64,000 nucleotides of DNA from Deltaproteobacteria bacterium (lineage in GTDB: Bacteria; Desulfobacterota; Binatia; Binatales; Binataceae), in the NCBI GenBank assembly GCA_021780225.1, contig JAJXZF010000027.1:1229-65228 (forward strand), written 5' to 3'. This document shows positions 41,837 to 51,185 of this stretch, in pieces. Numbering within the stretch: position 1 is the stretch's first letter; each line of letters opens with the position of its first letter. Under the pieces are notes generated by a model. That model had not been told where the DNA came from. It did no database searches and saw nothing but the letters and a program-made list of their open reading frames with translations. Both the position numbers and the translations under genes were made by a program.

Positions 41837-41992
41837 CACATCAACGTTCCGCGCGCGCTCCACAGGCCAGACAGTTTGTGGAGCCAGTGTAGAGGATCCC
41901 GCGGTATCGGAATTTGTATCGTTAAGGCCGTGAATCCAGAGGGCCGGCAGCCCGCTCGGTATGATAGATCGTAGCGCGACTTGCCCAATCAA

Positions 41993-42868
41993 TTACTCCC
42001 GTCGGTCGCGGTCGCGGCGGGCAAGCTCGCGTTGATAAAGCTCGCGCCGGCTTTGCCCCGTGCGCTTCGCCACGACCGCGCTCGCCTGCTTGAGGCTGAG
42101 TCCGGCGTCGATCAATTCCGCGATCGTCAGCGCGCCGCCCGCGATATCATCGGTCCCGCCGCGTTCCGATTCGGGCGCGCCGCCGACGACGATCGTGATT
42201 TCGCCGCGCGCCTCCTGCTTCGCGAAGCGCTCGCGCAACTCTCCGAGCGCGCCGCGCAGCGTCTCTTCGTAAGTCTTCGTAATCTCGCGAACCACGGCGG
42301 CCGGCCGGTCTTCACCAAATGCCGAAGCCATCTCGGCCAGCGTCGCGCTCAGCCGGCGCGGCGACTCGTACAGGATGATCGTTCGTGTTTCGCGCGCCAG
42401 CGCCTTAAGCGCGCCGCGCCGCGCGCTCTCGCGCGCCGCCAGAAACCCCTCGAAGACGAAGCGATCGGTCGGCAGGCCCGAGACCGACAGCGCCGCGATC
42501 GCCGCCGACGGCCCCGGCACGGCCGCGACCCGAATTCCCGCGTCGAGCGCCGCGCGCACCAGCCGGAAACCGGGATCAGAGATCACCGGCGTGCCGGCGT
42601 CGCTGATCAGCGCGATCGTCGCTCCCGCGCGCATCCGCTCGATCAGTTCGGGCGTGCGCCGGCGTTCATTATGCTCGAAATAGCTGACGGCCGGCGTGCG
42701 GATTGCAAACGCCGCCAGCATCCGCGCCGCGCGCCGCGTATCCTCGCAGGCGATCAAATCGGCCTCGGCAAGGATCCGGCGCGCGCGCGAACTCAAATCT
42801 TCCGGATTTCCGATCGGCGTGGCGACCACATACAGCGCGCCCGCGGCGCGATCGTCCGCCACCGCCAT
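41993..42868 (-). CDS. rsmI: 16S rRNA (cytidine1402-2'-O)-methyltransferase RsmI
   Basis: 291 aa (LYVVATPIGN..DLS.RA...L...DLIACEDTR...). Tetrapyrrole-methylase fold. Confidence 0.9.
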   Translation of the reverse strand: MAVADDRAAGALYVVATPIGNPEDLSSRARRILAEADLIACEDTRRAARMLAAFAIRTPAVSYFEHNERRRTPELIERMRAGATIALISDAGTPVISDPGFRLVRAALDAGIRVAAVPGPSAAIAALSVSGLPTDRFVFEGFLAARESARRGALKALARETRTIILYESPRRLSATLAEMASAFGEDRPAAVVREITKTYEETLRGALGELRERFAKQEARGEITIVVGGAPESERGGTDDIAGGALTIAELIDAGLSLKQASAVVAKRTGQSRRELYQRELARRDRDRRE

Positions 42869-42879
42869 CGGCCGCCCGC

Positions 42880-43326
42880 TCAGCCTTTATGCGGCTGGCG
42901 CGGCTCCAGGCGCAACGCCTTGAAGCGGCGCGACTGGAATTTCCACTGTTCGCCCTGCTTCACGTACTCGTCGTTGTAGTAGCCGGTGCCGATCCAGGCC
43001 AGGTCGTTGCTCGCGTCGCGCAATTCGACATAGCAGCGCCCCGACGCCTTGCCGCCGCCCTTCAAATCGATCACATGATTATGGATGTACGGCCGGGGCG
43101 TCAGATTCGCGAGGCCGTCCTTGTACATCTTCAAAAGATTGGCGCGGCCGGCGCTGTTGCTCTCCGAATTGTGGCCGAGGATCGTGAATGATCCGTCCTC
43201 GGCGAACAGATTGACGATGCCCTCGACGTCGCCCTGCCACACGCAATCGCAGTAACGCTGCGGCAGCTCGCGGATACTCTCGCGATCGGCGAGTTCGGCC
43301 ACCAGTTGCTCGATGTTTTTTGCCAT
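42880..43326 (-). CDS. SnoaL-like / NTF2-fold protein
   Basis: Start at MAKNIEQL. About 148 aa with typical SnoaL_2 pattern (...LFAEDGSF...). Confidence 0.55.
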   Translation of the reverse strand: MAKNIEQLVAELADRESIRELPQRYCDCVWQGDVEGIVNLFAEDGSFTILGHNSESNSAGRANLLKMYKDGLANLTPRPYIHNHVIDLKGGGKASGRCYVELRDASNDLAWIGTGYYNDEYVKQGEQWKFQSRRFKALRLEPRQPHKG

Positions 43327-43470
43327 CGTGATTCTCCCTCGATGCTCAATAATCCCGTCGGCGCGCTTTTGCCATCGCCGCGAACGGCGCACAGCGCCAT
43401 CGGTTCGACGACGCGCGCCGTGCGATATTCATCGCCGCGGCCGCCGCATGCGGCCATCCGCCGGCGCTCG

Positions 43471-44259
43471 TCAGTGCTGGCCGCCCATCCGATGGCCGGC
43501 GGTCCATCCGCCGTCCACGACCACCGCTTGTCCGGTGATAAACGAGGCGTCGTCGGAACACAAAAACAGCGCCGCGCTCGCGATCTCCTCGGGCTGGCCG
43601 GTGCGCTGCAACAGATGCATCGACGCGGCGCCCTGGCGGGCGCGCTCGCGCTTTTCCGGCGTGAGCTTGTCGTAGCCGGTTTCCGAAAGCGGCGTGGTGA
43701 TCACTCCGGGACAGACGCAATTCACGCGGATTCCCTGCTCCGAGTAATCCATCGCCATCGATTTGGTCAGCAAAATCACGCCGGCCTTGGCCGCGCAATA
43801 ATGCCCCATCCGCCGGATACCCTCGATGCCCGCGACCGACGCGGTGCTGAGAATCACGCCGCGGGTTTTGAGCAGTTCGGGAATCGCGTATTTGCAGCCG
43901 AGAAAGACGCCTTTCAGATCGACGTCGACCACGCGATCCCATTCCTCTTCGGTCATCTTGTGGAGCGGGCGGGCGAATCCGATTCCGGCGTTGTTGTAGA
44001 TGATGTCGAGGCGGCCGAAATGCTTGACGGTCTCGGCGACCATCCGCTCGGCGTCGGCGGCCTTGGAAACGTCGGCCTTGAGCGCGACCGCCTTGCCGCC
44101 CGCGTGCGTGATTTCGCCGACGACCTTCCGCGCATCTTCTTCCTTCCAATCGACGACGGCGACGCTCGCGCCTTCCTGCGCGAACAGCAGCGCGGTGGCG
44201 CGTCCGATTCCCGAGCCGCCGCCCGTGATCAGAGCGATTTTGTTGTCGAGCTTGCCCAT
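43471..44259 (-). CDS. SDR-family oxidoreductase
   Basis: TGGGSGIG cofactor motif, NNAG, catalytic YCAAK. Confidence 0.9.
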   Translation of the reverse strand: MGKLDNKIALITGGGSGIGRATALLFAQEGASVAVVDWKEEDARKVVGEITHAGGKAVALKADVSKAADAERMVAETVKHFGRLDIIYNNAGIGFARPLHKMTEEEWDRVVDVDLKGVFLGCKYAIPELLKTRGVILSTASVAGIEGIRRMGHYCAAKAGVILLTKSMAMDYSEQGIRVNCVCPGVITTPLSETGYDKLTPEKRERARQGAASMHLLQRTGQPEEIASAALFLCSDDASFITGQAVVVDGGWTAGHRMGGQH

Positions 44260-44606
44260 GATGAAAAAATCTCCCCAGGTTAATCCCCGCCGAATCGGTC
44301 AGGGCCGCAAAACCCGAAGGATAGTCTGTCAGGCGTCCAAATTGGAAACGCATTCCAAGGCCGCGCTTGCGCAATAAACCGCTCGCCGCGCATTTCCCGT
44401 CGAAATCGCGGTCGCCTGACAAATTTCCCGGTAATTGATATGGATAAATATAGATAGCAATAATTCTCTTTACAGACTGTTTTCGATCATTCTCAACTCA
44501 TTGAAATTATTTTTATTCAATAGCATCTGGGATAATTCAATTAGAAATGATATGTGTGGAAAAGAGAAGAAAACTCGTGTTTTCTATAAGATCGGAGCGA
44601 AAAATA

Positions 44607-45119
44607 ATGAAAAAAGCTCTTCTTCTGGCCGGAGTTGCGCTTTTGATGCCGATACGGGCGATGGCCCTCGTGCCCAAGCTTTCGGGGACCTACGCGATGA
44701 CTTACAACGAGTTTTGCCAGGTCACGCTCGATATCGCTAACGGCACGGACACTGACAGCACTTCGTCGCAGCCGTTCGTCGCGAGCATTACGACAGTCGA
44801 TGATGGCAAAATCTCGGTTTCCACCGCGACCGCGACCTTCACTCCCAAAACCGGGATGGTTTCGCTGAGCGCTACCGGAGGCAAAGGGTCTATCCTGATC
44901 GTTCCGGGTCTCAGCGGTCCCAATGAAACGATGGCGCCGCAATCCTTCAGTGGCGTCGCCCCGTACTCGACAACGGCGACCACATTTAAGTTGAATGGAA
45001 TCACCTTCGACGCCGCGTATGGCATGATCGTCCTCGGCGTTGCGAAATATGTAAGCTTCACGGCGATCGATCCGGCCAAGCCCGCATGCGTGATTCAGGG
45101 CACGGCGGTGCATCAATAA
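44607..45119 (+). CDS. secreted hypothetical protein
   Basis: Start per ORF-track frame at MKKALLLAGVALLMPIRAMA (signal peptide). Ser/Thr-rich beta-type sequence, no known domain. Preceded by about 180 bp of AT-rich DNA. Confidence 0.55.
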   Translation: MKKALLLAGVALLMPIRAMALVPKLSGTYAMTYNEFCQVTLDIANGTDTDSTSSQPFVASITTVDDGKISVSTATATFTPKTGMVSLSATGGKGSILIVPGLSGPNETMAPQSFSGVAPYSTTATTFKLNGITFDAAYGMIVLGVAKYVSFTAIDPAKPACVIQGTAVHQ

Positions 45120-45190
45120 CCGCTCGCTTTGAAGCGCGGGCGGAGGGCGCCTATTCCAGCCGGCCCGGCGACGTCGGCTGTCGGATCATC

Positions 45191-45225
45191 AAAAAGAAAA
45201 AGGCCGACCCAAAAAGGATCGGCCT
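45191..45225 (-). terminator. rho-independent terminator after zinc-ribbon gene
   Basis: Minus strand: AGGCCGAtccttttTgggTCGGCCT hairpin followed by TTTTCTTTTT. Confidence 0.5.
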
Positions 45226-45245
45226 CAAGACGAAAGCTTCGTTCT

Positions 45246-45521
45246 TTATTTGCGCTCAGGACGGGAGAGCCGGTCGAGCATTTTCATGATCGTATCCCAG
45301 CTAAGCCAGGCGCCGTGCCGTTCCGGGCAAACCAGCCCTCCCGTGCCGTGCTCGGCGTCGGGAACGAGCTTTTGCTCGCATTCCGGGCAGGTGGCGGCGT
45401 TTTTTTGCGCGCGCAGCTTTTCGAGCAGTTCCTGATCGCGTTTGCGCGCCCATTCGTTTTCGCGCGCGGCTTCCACATCATGCAGTTTTTGACCGAAACG
45501 ATCTTTTTCGTCGTTGCTCAT
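45246..45521 (-). CDS. zf-TFIIB-type zinc-ribbon protein with N-terminal coiled-coil
   Basis: C-terminal CPECEQKLVPDAEHGTGGLVCPERHGAWLSWDTIMKML matches the bacterial zf-TFIIB (CPxC...CxxCxGxWLD) pattern. Confidence 0.55.
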   Translation of the reverse strand: MSNDEKDRFGQKLHDVEAARENEWARKRDQELLEKLRAQKNAATCPECEQKLVPDAEHGTGGLVCPERHGAWLSWDTIMKMLDRLSRPERK

Positions 45522-45570
45522 TATTCCCTCGCCGGCGGCCGGACTCTATGACGGTCCGCCGCCACCGCGC

Positions 45571-45906
45571 TCACTCGATATCCTTGATTAGCTTGCCGGT
45601 GCGCGCCTTTTCGACGGTCTCGTCAAACTTCGAGCCGAGATCGACGCCCATTTCCCGCGCCCGCTTTTTCGCCCACAGTCCGACGTTGCGCGAGTCGCCG
45701 TAGAACGATTCGTCCGGCCGCCGCGACGTATCCAGGTTCGCGATGCGCGACGCTTCGCTTGCGACCACTGCGAACGACGACATCACGCGCCGGGTCCGCG
45801 CGCTCGCGCAATGCGGGCATGGCGGACGCGCGGCGCGCCGCGATCCCAGCATCACGTGCGCGGAGATACGGCCGCAGCCGGCGCATTCATACTCAAAGAT
45901 TGGCAT
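45571..45906 (-). CDS. FmdB-family zinc-ribbon protein
   Basis: N-terminus MPIFEYECAGCG... is the FmdB signature (MPIYEYxCxxCG), with a second CPHC pair. Confidence 0.7.
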   Translation of the reverse strand: MPIFEYECAGCGRISAHVMLGSRRAARPPCPHCASARTRRVMSSFAVVASEASRIANLDTSRRPDESFYGDSRNVGLWAKKRAREMGVDLGSKFDETVEKARTGKLIKDIE

Positions 45907-46024
45907 CGCAATTCAAGGATAATCGAGCGCACTTCCAGCGGCAATTGAGTCTCTCCGGCAAGCCGCCGGAACCCACGGCTTTCGCATCGCCGGCGTCCAC
46001 TCGATCGGAAGCAACGCGTTTGCG

Positions 46025-46273
46025 TCAGGAAAAGCGGCGGCCGCCCAGATAAGGTGAAACCAGCGAACTTCCCGCGAACAAGACGACCCCGATCGCCAAT
46101 ACCGTCAGGCCGGTTATCACCCACCACACGGAACCGTCGATAAACCCAAGAATCATCATCACGACGCCCCATCCGGGCAGCAGCAGCGAGACGATCAACC
46201 GCATCACGAAGCTAACCGCGCGTTCCGCCTTGCTCGACCCTTCGTTCGCCATCCGAACCTCATTCGCGACCAC
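46025..46273 (-). CDS. small membrane protein (two predicted TM helices)
   Basis: 82 aa: LIVSLLLPGWGVVMMILGFI... and VITGLTVLAIGVVLFAG. Downstream of, and co-directional with, the GT39 gene. Confidence 0.4.
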   Translation of the reverse strand: MVANEVRMANEGSSKAERAVSFVMRLIVSLLLPGWGVVMMILGFIDGSVWWVITGLTVLAIGVVLFAGSSLVSPYLGGRRFS

Positions 46274-46329
46274 GGCTTCAGACAGATGCGTCGCGATCGT
46301 CCTCTATTTAACCGACCCGGCCGGCGCCT

Positions 46330-48150
46330 TCAATCCGGCGTCGCTTCAGCGGGCGCCGCCGCGACCGGCGCACGCATCAGATAGAGCGTCGGCTGATTCC
46401 CGCCCAGCGCGCCCGAATGCATCACGACGACCAGCGCACGGCGTACCGGCGGAGCGAGCCGGACCAATTCGGTCGGCCGGGCGATTAGATATGTCGGACG
46501 GCCGACCGCCGGGCCGGAATGGGCAAGCCCGGCCGACAGATGCGGTATCGCGCCGCGATGGTACCAGGCAAGCTCTTCGTCGTTGAAGGCCACGTACAAC
46601 GGAGCGCCGCCGACTCGCGCCTCGACGCGATTCACGAACGGCCCCAGGCATCTCGTGCCGGCCTCGATCGGCCTGATTGCGCCTGCGAACAGGACGCTGC
46701 CGGCCAGACTGATAAGGCCGATTCCGACGCCCGCGACGGATGTCGCCCGGCGTCGCAACCCGCGTATCGCGATCAGTCCGCCGGCGATCGTCGCGGCGAT
46801 AAATAGCGCGAAGGGAATCCTCAACGCCTCGACGCCGCCCAGAAAGATGTGCGCGTAGGAGGCGTCGCTGGACTGCAAACGGGCGTCGAGCGGCGCCAGA
46901 TGGACGCCCGCGCGCATCACGCCAACCAGCGCGATCATCGCGACCGGCGCGGCGAGCGCGATCGTCCACGCGATCGCGTCGCGGAGGCGCGCGGCGGCCG
47001 CATCGCTCCGGAGCGCGCCCGCGAACAACCCCGCGTAGAGCATCGCGAGCGGCGAAATCGCCGGCAGGATATAGTCGTCGCGTTTGGCGCTGCCGAGCGA
47101 AAACAGGATTACGACGGCCAAGGCGAGCGCGGCCTGATAACGTATCGCGCCGCGTTTCGATTCGTCGAAACCGCCCGCGACCGCCGCCAGCAGCAGCGGC
47201 GCCGCGAGCAGGCTGAGCGGCATCATCGCGCCCAACAATCGCGCGACGATGTAATAAACCGGACGCGCCGCCTCGCCCGTGCCGCCCATCGCGGCAGGCA
47301 TGAAATGGCCGAAATTTTCGTCGAAAAAGACGCCGCCCCAATCTTGCGAGCGGCCGGCGATAAACGCCGGGACGTACCACGCGGCGCCGATCGCGAGCGC
47401 GATCGCAAACATCCCGTATGGCCATCCGCGCCGCGCGAACCTGAACGGATTTTCCCGTTCCAGCACGATATAGATAAGCGCCGCAAAGCCCGCCAGGACA
47501 ATCACGACAGGCCCCTTGGCGAGCATCCCAAGACCGAGCAAAACGCCCGCCGCAAGCGGCCCAGCCCGTCCCGCGGCGCCATTTAACGGACCGCGCATCG
47601 CCCGCCACGCGCCGAGCAGCAGCAGCGTCATCACCATGTCGGTCAGGGCGACGTTTGCGCGCGCCGCGAAGCCATAGCTGCCGACAAGAAAAAACAACGC
47701 GAGCCATCCGCCGGCCGCGCCGCAATCCGCGAAATCCGCCGCCGCCCAATCCGTCGCCATCGCGACGACGCCGGCGCCCGCGACCAGCGACGGCAGCCGC
47801 GCCTCGGTCTGGGTAATCGGCCCGCCGCGCAGCCATGGCCAGATCGATCCGAGCCAGTAAAACATCGGCGGCTTGCGCTCGACATAGCCGTAGTAATCGA
47901 CCGGAAGCAGCCAGTTGCCGTGCTTGACGATATCGACGATCCATTGCGCCGATTGAGTTTCGGCGTCCTTGTCGAAGGGCGCGCGCATCCCCGGCGTCAG
48001 CAGCGCGAGCGCGAGCGTGAAGGCCGCGAGCATACGCGCAATCCGCCGCCCGGCCGCGCCCGCGGCGCCATTTGGCGTACCAGCCGGTCCGGCGGCGCCA
48101 TCCGAGGCCGCGGATGTATCCGCCCGTTCCGCCCTGCCCTGCTCCATCAA
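46330..48150 (-). CDS. ArnT/PMT-like glycosyltransferase family 39 membrane protein
   Basis: 606 aa, polytopic. N-terminal region with conserved ...KPPMFYW... and DxxE/KR-rich loops typical of GT-C GT39/GT83 enzymes. Confidence 0.7.
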   Translation of the reverse strand: MMEQGRAERADTSAASDGAAGPAGTPNGAAGAAGRRIARMLAAFTLALALLTPGMRAPFDKDAETQSAQWIVDIVKHGNWLLPVDYYGYVERKPPMFYWLGSIWPWLRGGPITQTEARLPSLVAGAGVVAMATDWAAADFADCGAAGGWLALFFLVGSYGFAARANVALTDMVMTLLLLGAWRAMRGPLNGAAGRAGPLAAGVLLGLGMLAKGPVVIVLAGFAALIYIVLERENPFRFARRGWPYGMFAIALAIGAAWYVPAFIAGRSQDWGGVFFDENFGHFMPAAMGGTGEAARPVYYIVARLLGAMMPLSLLAAPLLLAAVAGGFDESKRGAIRYQAALALAVVILFSLGSAKRDDYILPAISPLAMLYAGLFAGALRSDAAAARLRDAIAWTIALAAPVAMIALVGVMRAGVHLAPLDARLQSSDASYAHIFLGGVEALRIPFALFIAATIAGGLIAIRGLRRRATSVAGVGIGLISLAGSVLFAGAIRPIEAGTRCLGPFVNRVEARVGGAPLYVAFNDEELAWYHRGAIPHLSAGLAHSGPAVGRPTYLIARPTELVRLAPPVRRALVVVMHSGALGGNQPTLYLMRAPVAAAPAEATPD

Positions 48151-48164
48151 ATTTTCAGCTTATG

Positions 48165-49124
48165 CTAATCGGCGACGGCCAGCATCGACGGCGGCGCCAG
48201 ATGGCGCGCCCCGGCGGCTGGAGTAAAAATCGCGATCTCCATCGCCGGCGCATTGTGGGCGAAACCAATCCTGCCCTTCGCGTCAATCAGAATCAGGCCG
48301 GCTTCGGCGCCTTCGAGCGCCTGCAACGCGAATTCCGCCGCGCGCGACGGGTCGCGCCGCGCCATCGCCGCGACCGCGATACGGCACAACCCCGCCCGCA
48401 TGATCGCCTCGCCCGAGCCGGTGGCAGACGCGGCGCCGCGCGCCGCCGCGAACAATCCGGCGCCGATTATCGCCGAATCGCCGATCCGGCCCGGCAGCTT
48501 GCCCGGCACGCCGCCGGTTGAGGTCGCGGCCGCGAGGTTGCCGTAACGATCGCGCGCGACCGCGCCGACCGTGCCATGCTCGTGCGCGGGACCGGGCGGC
48601 GTCTCCGGCGAGGCATTGCCGATCGCTTCGCGCGTCTGAATCCAGCGCTCGCGCGCCCGCTGGCTAATCAGCTCGCTGGGGCGGCAAAGCGGAATTCCGG
48701 CCCGCCGCGCGATTCGCTCCGCACCCGCTCCGGCCATCAGCAGATGAGGCGTCAGGTCCATCACGGCGCGCGCCAACCGAATCGGATTGCGCACGCGCGT
48801 AATCAACACCACGCCGCCGGCGCGAATCGCCGTTTTGCGCGCCGCCGGAGATCGCTCGGCGCACATCACCGCCGCGTCCATCTCCACCCGCCCGTCGGTG
48901 GTGAGCAACGAGCCGTAACCGGCGTTGAAATAGAGATCGTCTTCGAGCACGCCCACCGCCGCGATTACGGCATCGAGCGCCGCGCCGCCGCCGCGCAAAA
49001 TTTCCGCGCCGCGCGTAACTGCGGCGAGCAATCCGCGCCGCCGGGCGGGACGGTCGGCCGGCAGGGCGCGTCCGCCCGCGCCGCCATGCACGATCATCGC
49101 GGGGCCGATCGGCGAATTTTCCAT
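48165..49124 (-). CDS. isoaspartyl peptidase / L-asparaginase (Ntn-hydrolase, plant-type)
   Basis: 319 aa: IVHGGAG..., autoproteolytic site ...HEHGTVGAVARD..., C-terminal GSGEAIMR. Confidence 0.85.
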   Translation of the reverse strand: MENSPIGPAMIVHGGAGGRALPADRPARRRGLLAAVTRGAEILRGGGAALDAVIAAVGVLEDDLYFNAGYGSLLTTDGRVEMDAAVMCAERSPAARKTAIRAGGVVLITRVRNPIRLARAVMDLTPHLLMAGAGAERIARRAGIPLCRPSELISQRARERWIQTREAIGNASPETPPGPAHEHGTVGAVARDRYGNLAAATSTGGVPGKLPGRIGDSAIIGAGLFAAARGAASATGSGEAIMRAGLCRIAVAAMARRDPSRAAEFALQALEGAEAGLILIDAKGRIGFAHNAPAMEIAIFTPAAGARHLAPPSMLAVAD

Positions 49125-49129
49125 GTACT

Positions 49130-49936
49130 TCAGATGGCAGGCCGCCGCGCGAAAATAAACAGGCGGCGGAAATTGAAGGTCAGCGGGCCGGAGGCGCCGT
49201 AGGCGGTTTCGAGCCGCCGCGTCAGGTCATTTACAAACTCGTCGTGCGCTTCGCTTGGCAAACGATTCAGGAATGGACGGAGCGCCGTCGCGCGCGACCA
49301 TTCGACGACCTCGGCCGGCGAGCCCATTGGATGGGCGAACGTATAGTAGAAGCAATCGATCTCGGCGAAGCCGAGGCCGGCCAAAATTTCGCGATACGTT
49401 TCGGGCGGCGCGACGTTCTCGCGCGACGGCGTCGCGGCGCCGCCGAGACGATCGCGCCACGGCGCATCGGCGGCCATCGCGGCGATCGTCGCCTGCGCCG
49501 TTTCGCGTTCGTTGGCCGGCATCTGGATCGCGATTTCGCCGCCCGCCGCGAGCGCCTTGAAACAGGCCGCGAAGATTCCGCGATGGTCGCCGAGCCATTG
49601 CAGCGCGGCGTTCGAGAAAATCGCCATGTACTCACCGCTCGCGGAAAAATCACGGATATCCACGCGAACAAATTCGACGCGCGCACGGAGCTCCGGGTCG
49701 AGCTGGGCGCGAAGTTCATCGGCCTTTTCGATCATCGCGGGCGAGGAATCGATCCCGCGCGCTCGCCCGCCCGAACGGCGGGCGAGTTCGATCGTGTGCT
49801 CGCCCGTGCCGCATCCGAGATCGACGATTCGCTCTCCAGCGCCGCGCGCGAAACGCATCCGGCTGAAGATTAAATCGACCGGCTCGGCGCGATAGCGCCG
49901 AAACCGATGATAAAGCTCAGGTTCCCAGTCAGCCAC
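49130..49936 (-). CDS. class I SAM-dependent methyltransferase (trans-aconitate methyltransferase-like)
   Basis: 268 aa with motif I VDLGCGTGEHT, Tam-like N-terminus (WEPELYHRF..) and C-terminal region. Confidence 0.75.
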   Translation of the reverse strand: MADWEPELYHRFRRYRAEPVDLIFSRMRFARGAGERIVDLGCGTGEHTIELARRSGGRARGIDSSPAMIEKADELRAQLDPELRARVEFVRVDIRDFSASGEYMAIFSNAALQWLGDHRGIFAACFKALAAGGEIAIQMPANERETAQATIAAMAADAPWRDRLGGAATPSRENVAPPETYREILAGLGFAEIDCFYYTFAHPMGSPAEVVEWSRATALRPFLNRLPSEAHDEFVNDLTRRLETAYGASGPLTFNFRRLFIFARRPAI

Positions 49937-50095
49937 TGTACGGACTCACGGACTCGGTCGCATCGTCGGCGAGCATACGGCGCACGTCCGCACCGAACAA
50001 GTCACGGGCGTCGATGCGGCGCCTGTGAACCCGCAGGTCACGCTCAAGGGTGACCAGACCATCCATCGCAGCAATGCTGACAACACCGCAGATGA

Positions 50096-50344
50096 GAACA
50101 ATTTTCTGGAATAATCCAACATTCAATCGAACGGCGCGCCTTTCTCGGCACCGACGCAGCGGTTATTGCCGGCGCGATGGCGGCAAGCGATATCAAAAAG
50201 ATGGGACCGCCGATTCCGAACAGCCGGACCGCAATGTTCGAAAACGGCAGCCATCTGGCGATGTACGGCGAACAGGAAGCGTACTTCGATCATCTGCTGG
50301 CGTTTTTGAAGGACGTTGACGAGAGCAAACCCGTCCACGCATAA
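50096..50344 (+). pseudogene. alpha/beta hydrolase C-terminal remnant (truncated, no start)
   Basis: Open frame of 83 codons bounded by an upstream TGA. Translation ...RAFLGTDAAVIAGAMAASDIKKMGPPIPNSRTAMFENGSHLAMYGEQEAYFDHLLAFLKDVDESKPVHA resembles the last about 70 aa of alpha/beta-fold hydrolases (catalytic His region GSHLAMYGEQ). No N-terminal domain present. Confidence 0.45.
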
Positions 50345-50584
50345 CGCCCATCCGAGGGTTGCGAGACGCGAATGATGTTCGCTCGAATCGTTCTAGCACA
50401 AATGTTATCAACTATTGTCGCGGCATTATTTCAATTGGTAGTGTCATTCGAAGACGTGGTCTAAGCGGTCGCGCAAAAGCGACTTGCAGGTATTAGTTTG
50501 ACCTAGAAATTAACTCTCCGAATTGATAGTACGTTTGCGAGTTGAATCTTGATAGCGACGCAAACTCTACTATCCGGAGGGTTT

Positions 50585-51061
50585 ATGAAAGATTGGATGC
50601 GAAAGATCGAAAAGTTTCTCTGGAAACACTTTGCATCCGATTGGCGAAGGGCCAATCATGATCTTCGATCGACGGATCGCTTATACTCGCGGCTAATCGC
50701 AGACGCGGAGAAATCAAAAAATCGAACCGAAGCAAATGATTTATACGGCGAGTGGCAATCCGTGAGAGAACCCGAAGCACATGCGGTCGAACGCTTGAGA
50801 ACTATCTATTGGCTTAACACAGCCAATAGAAACCGTATCCCCACACCCGAGGTCGATGATTCAAAATATTGGGAGAATGATCCGTTCACTGGGGCGCATC
50901 ATCTCACTACCGCAGGAACTGATTTAATCGAAGAGCGCTTATACGAGAAGCGAAAGAGGCGTTGGGAATTTCGGTTTATGCTTATAGGCTCTTTGACTGG
51001 ACTAATAGGAGCTTCGACAGGTTTCCTTGCTCTATTTGCGCACTGGTACTCGCGTTACTGA
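50585..51061 (+). CDS. hypothetical tail-anchored protein in low-GC islet
   Basis: 158 aa starting MKDWMRKIEKF (GGAGGG SD). Charged, helical; single C-terminal TM segment FMLIGSLTGLIGASTGFLALFAHW. Local GC far below window average. Confidence 0.5.
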   Translation: MKDWMRKIEKFLWKHFASDWRRANHDLRSTDRLYSRLIADAEKSKNRTEANDLYGEWQSVREPEAHAVERLRTIYWLNTANRNRIPTPEVDDSKYWENDPFTGAHHLTTAGTDLIEERLYEKRKRRWEFRFMLIGSLTGLIGASTGFLALFAHWYSRY

Positions 51062-51185
51062 CATGGCAGAAATTTCACCGTCGCTTGACACGATGCGGCG
51101 GCGGCGCGAAGTTTTGACGATCCATTGAACCATGCACAAAGCGTCCGGCTCCAATCGGGCGGGCGGCGTTAAGCGAGGAGCGACG

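Noticed and set aside
44547-44606. Upstream extension MICVEKRRKLVFSIRSERKI of the secreted-protein ORF
   Set aside because: Lies in the AT-rich promoter DNA. The downstream ATG yields a canonical signal peptide, and my reading of the printed sequence even shows an in-frame stop in this extension.
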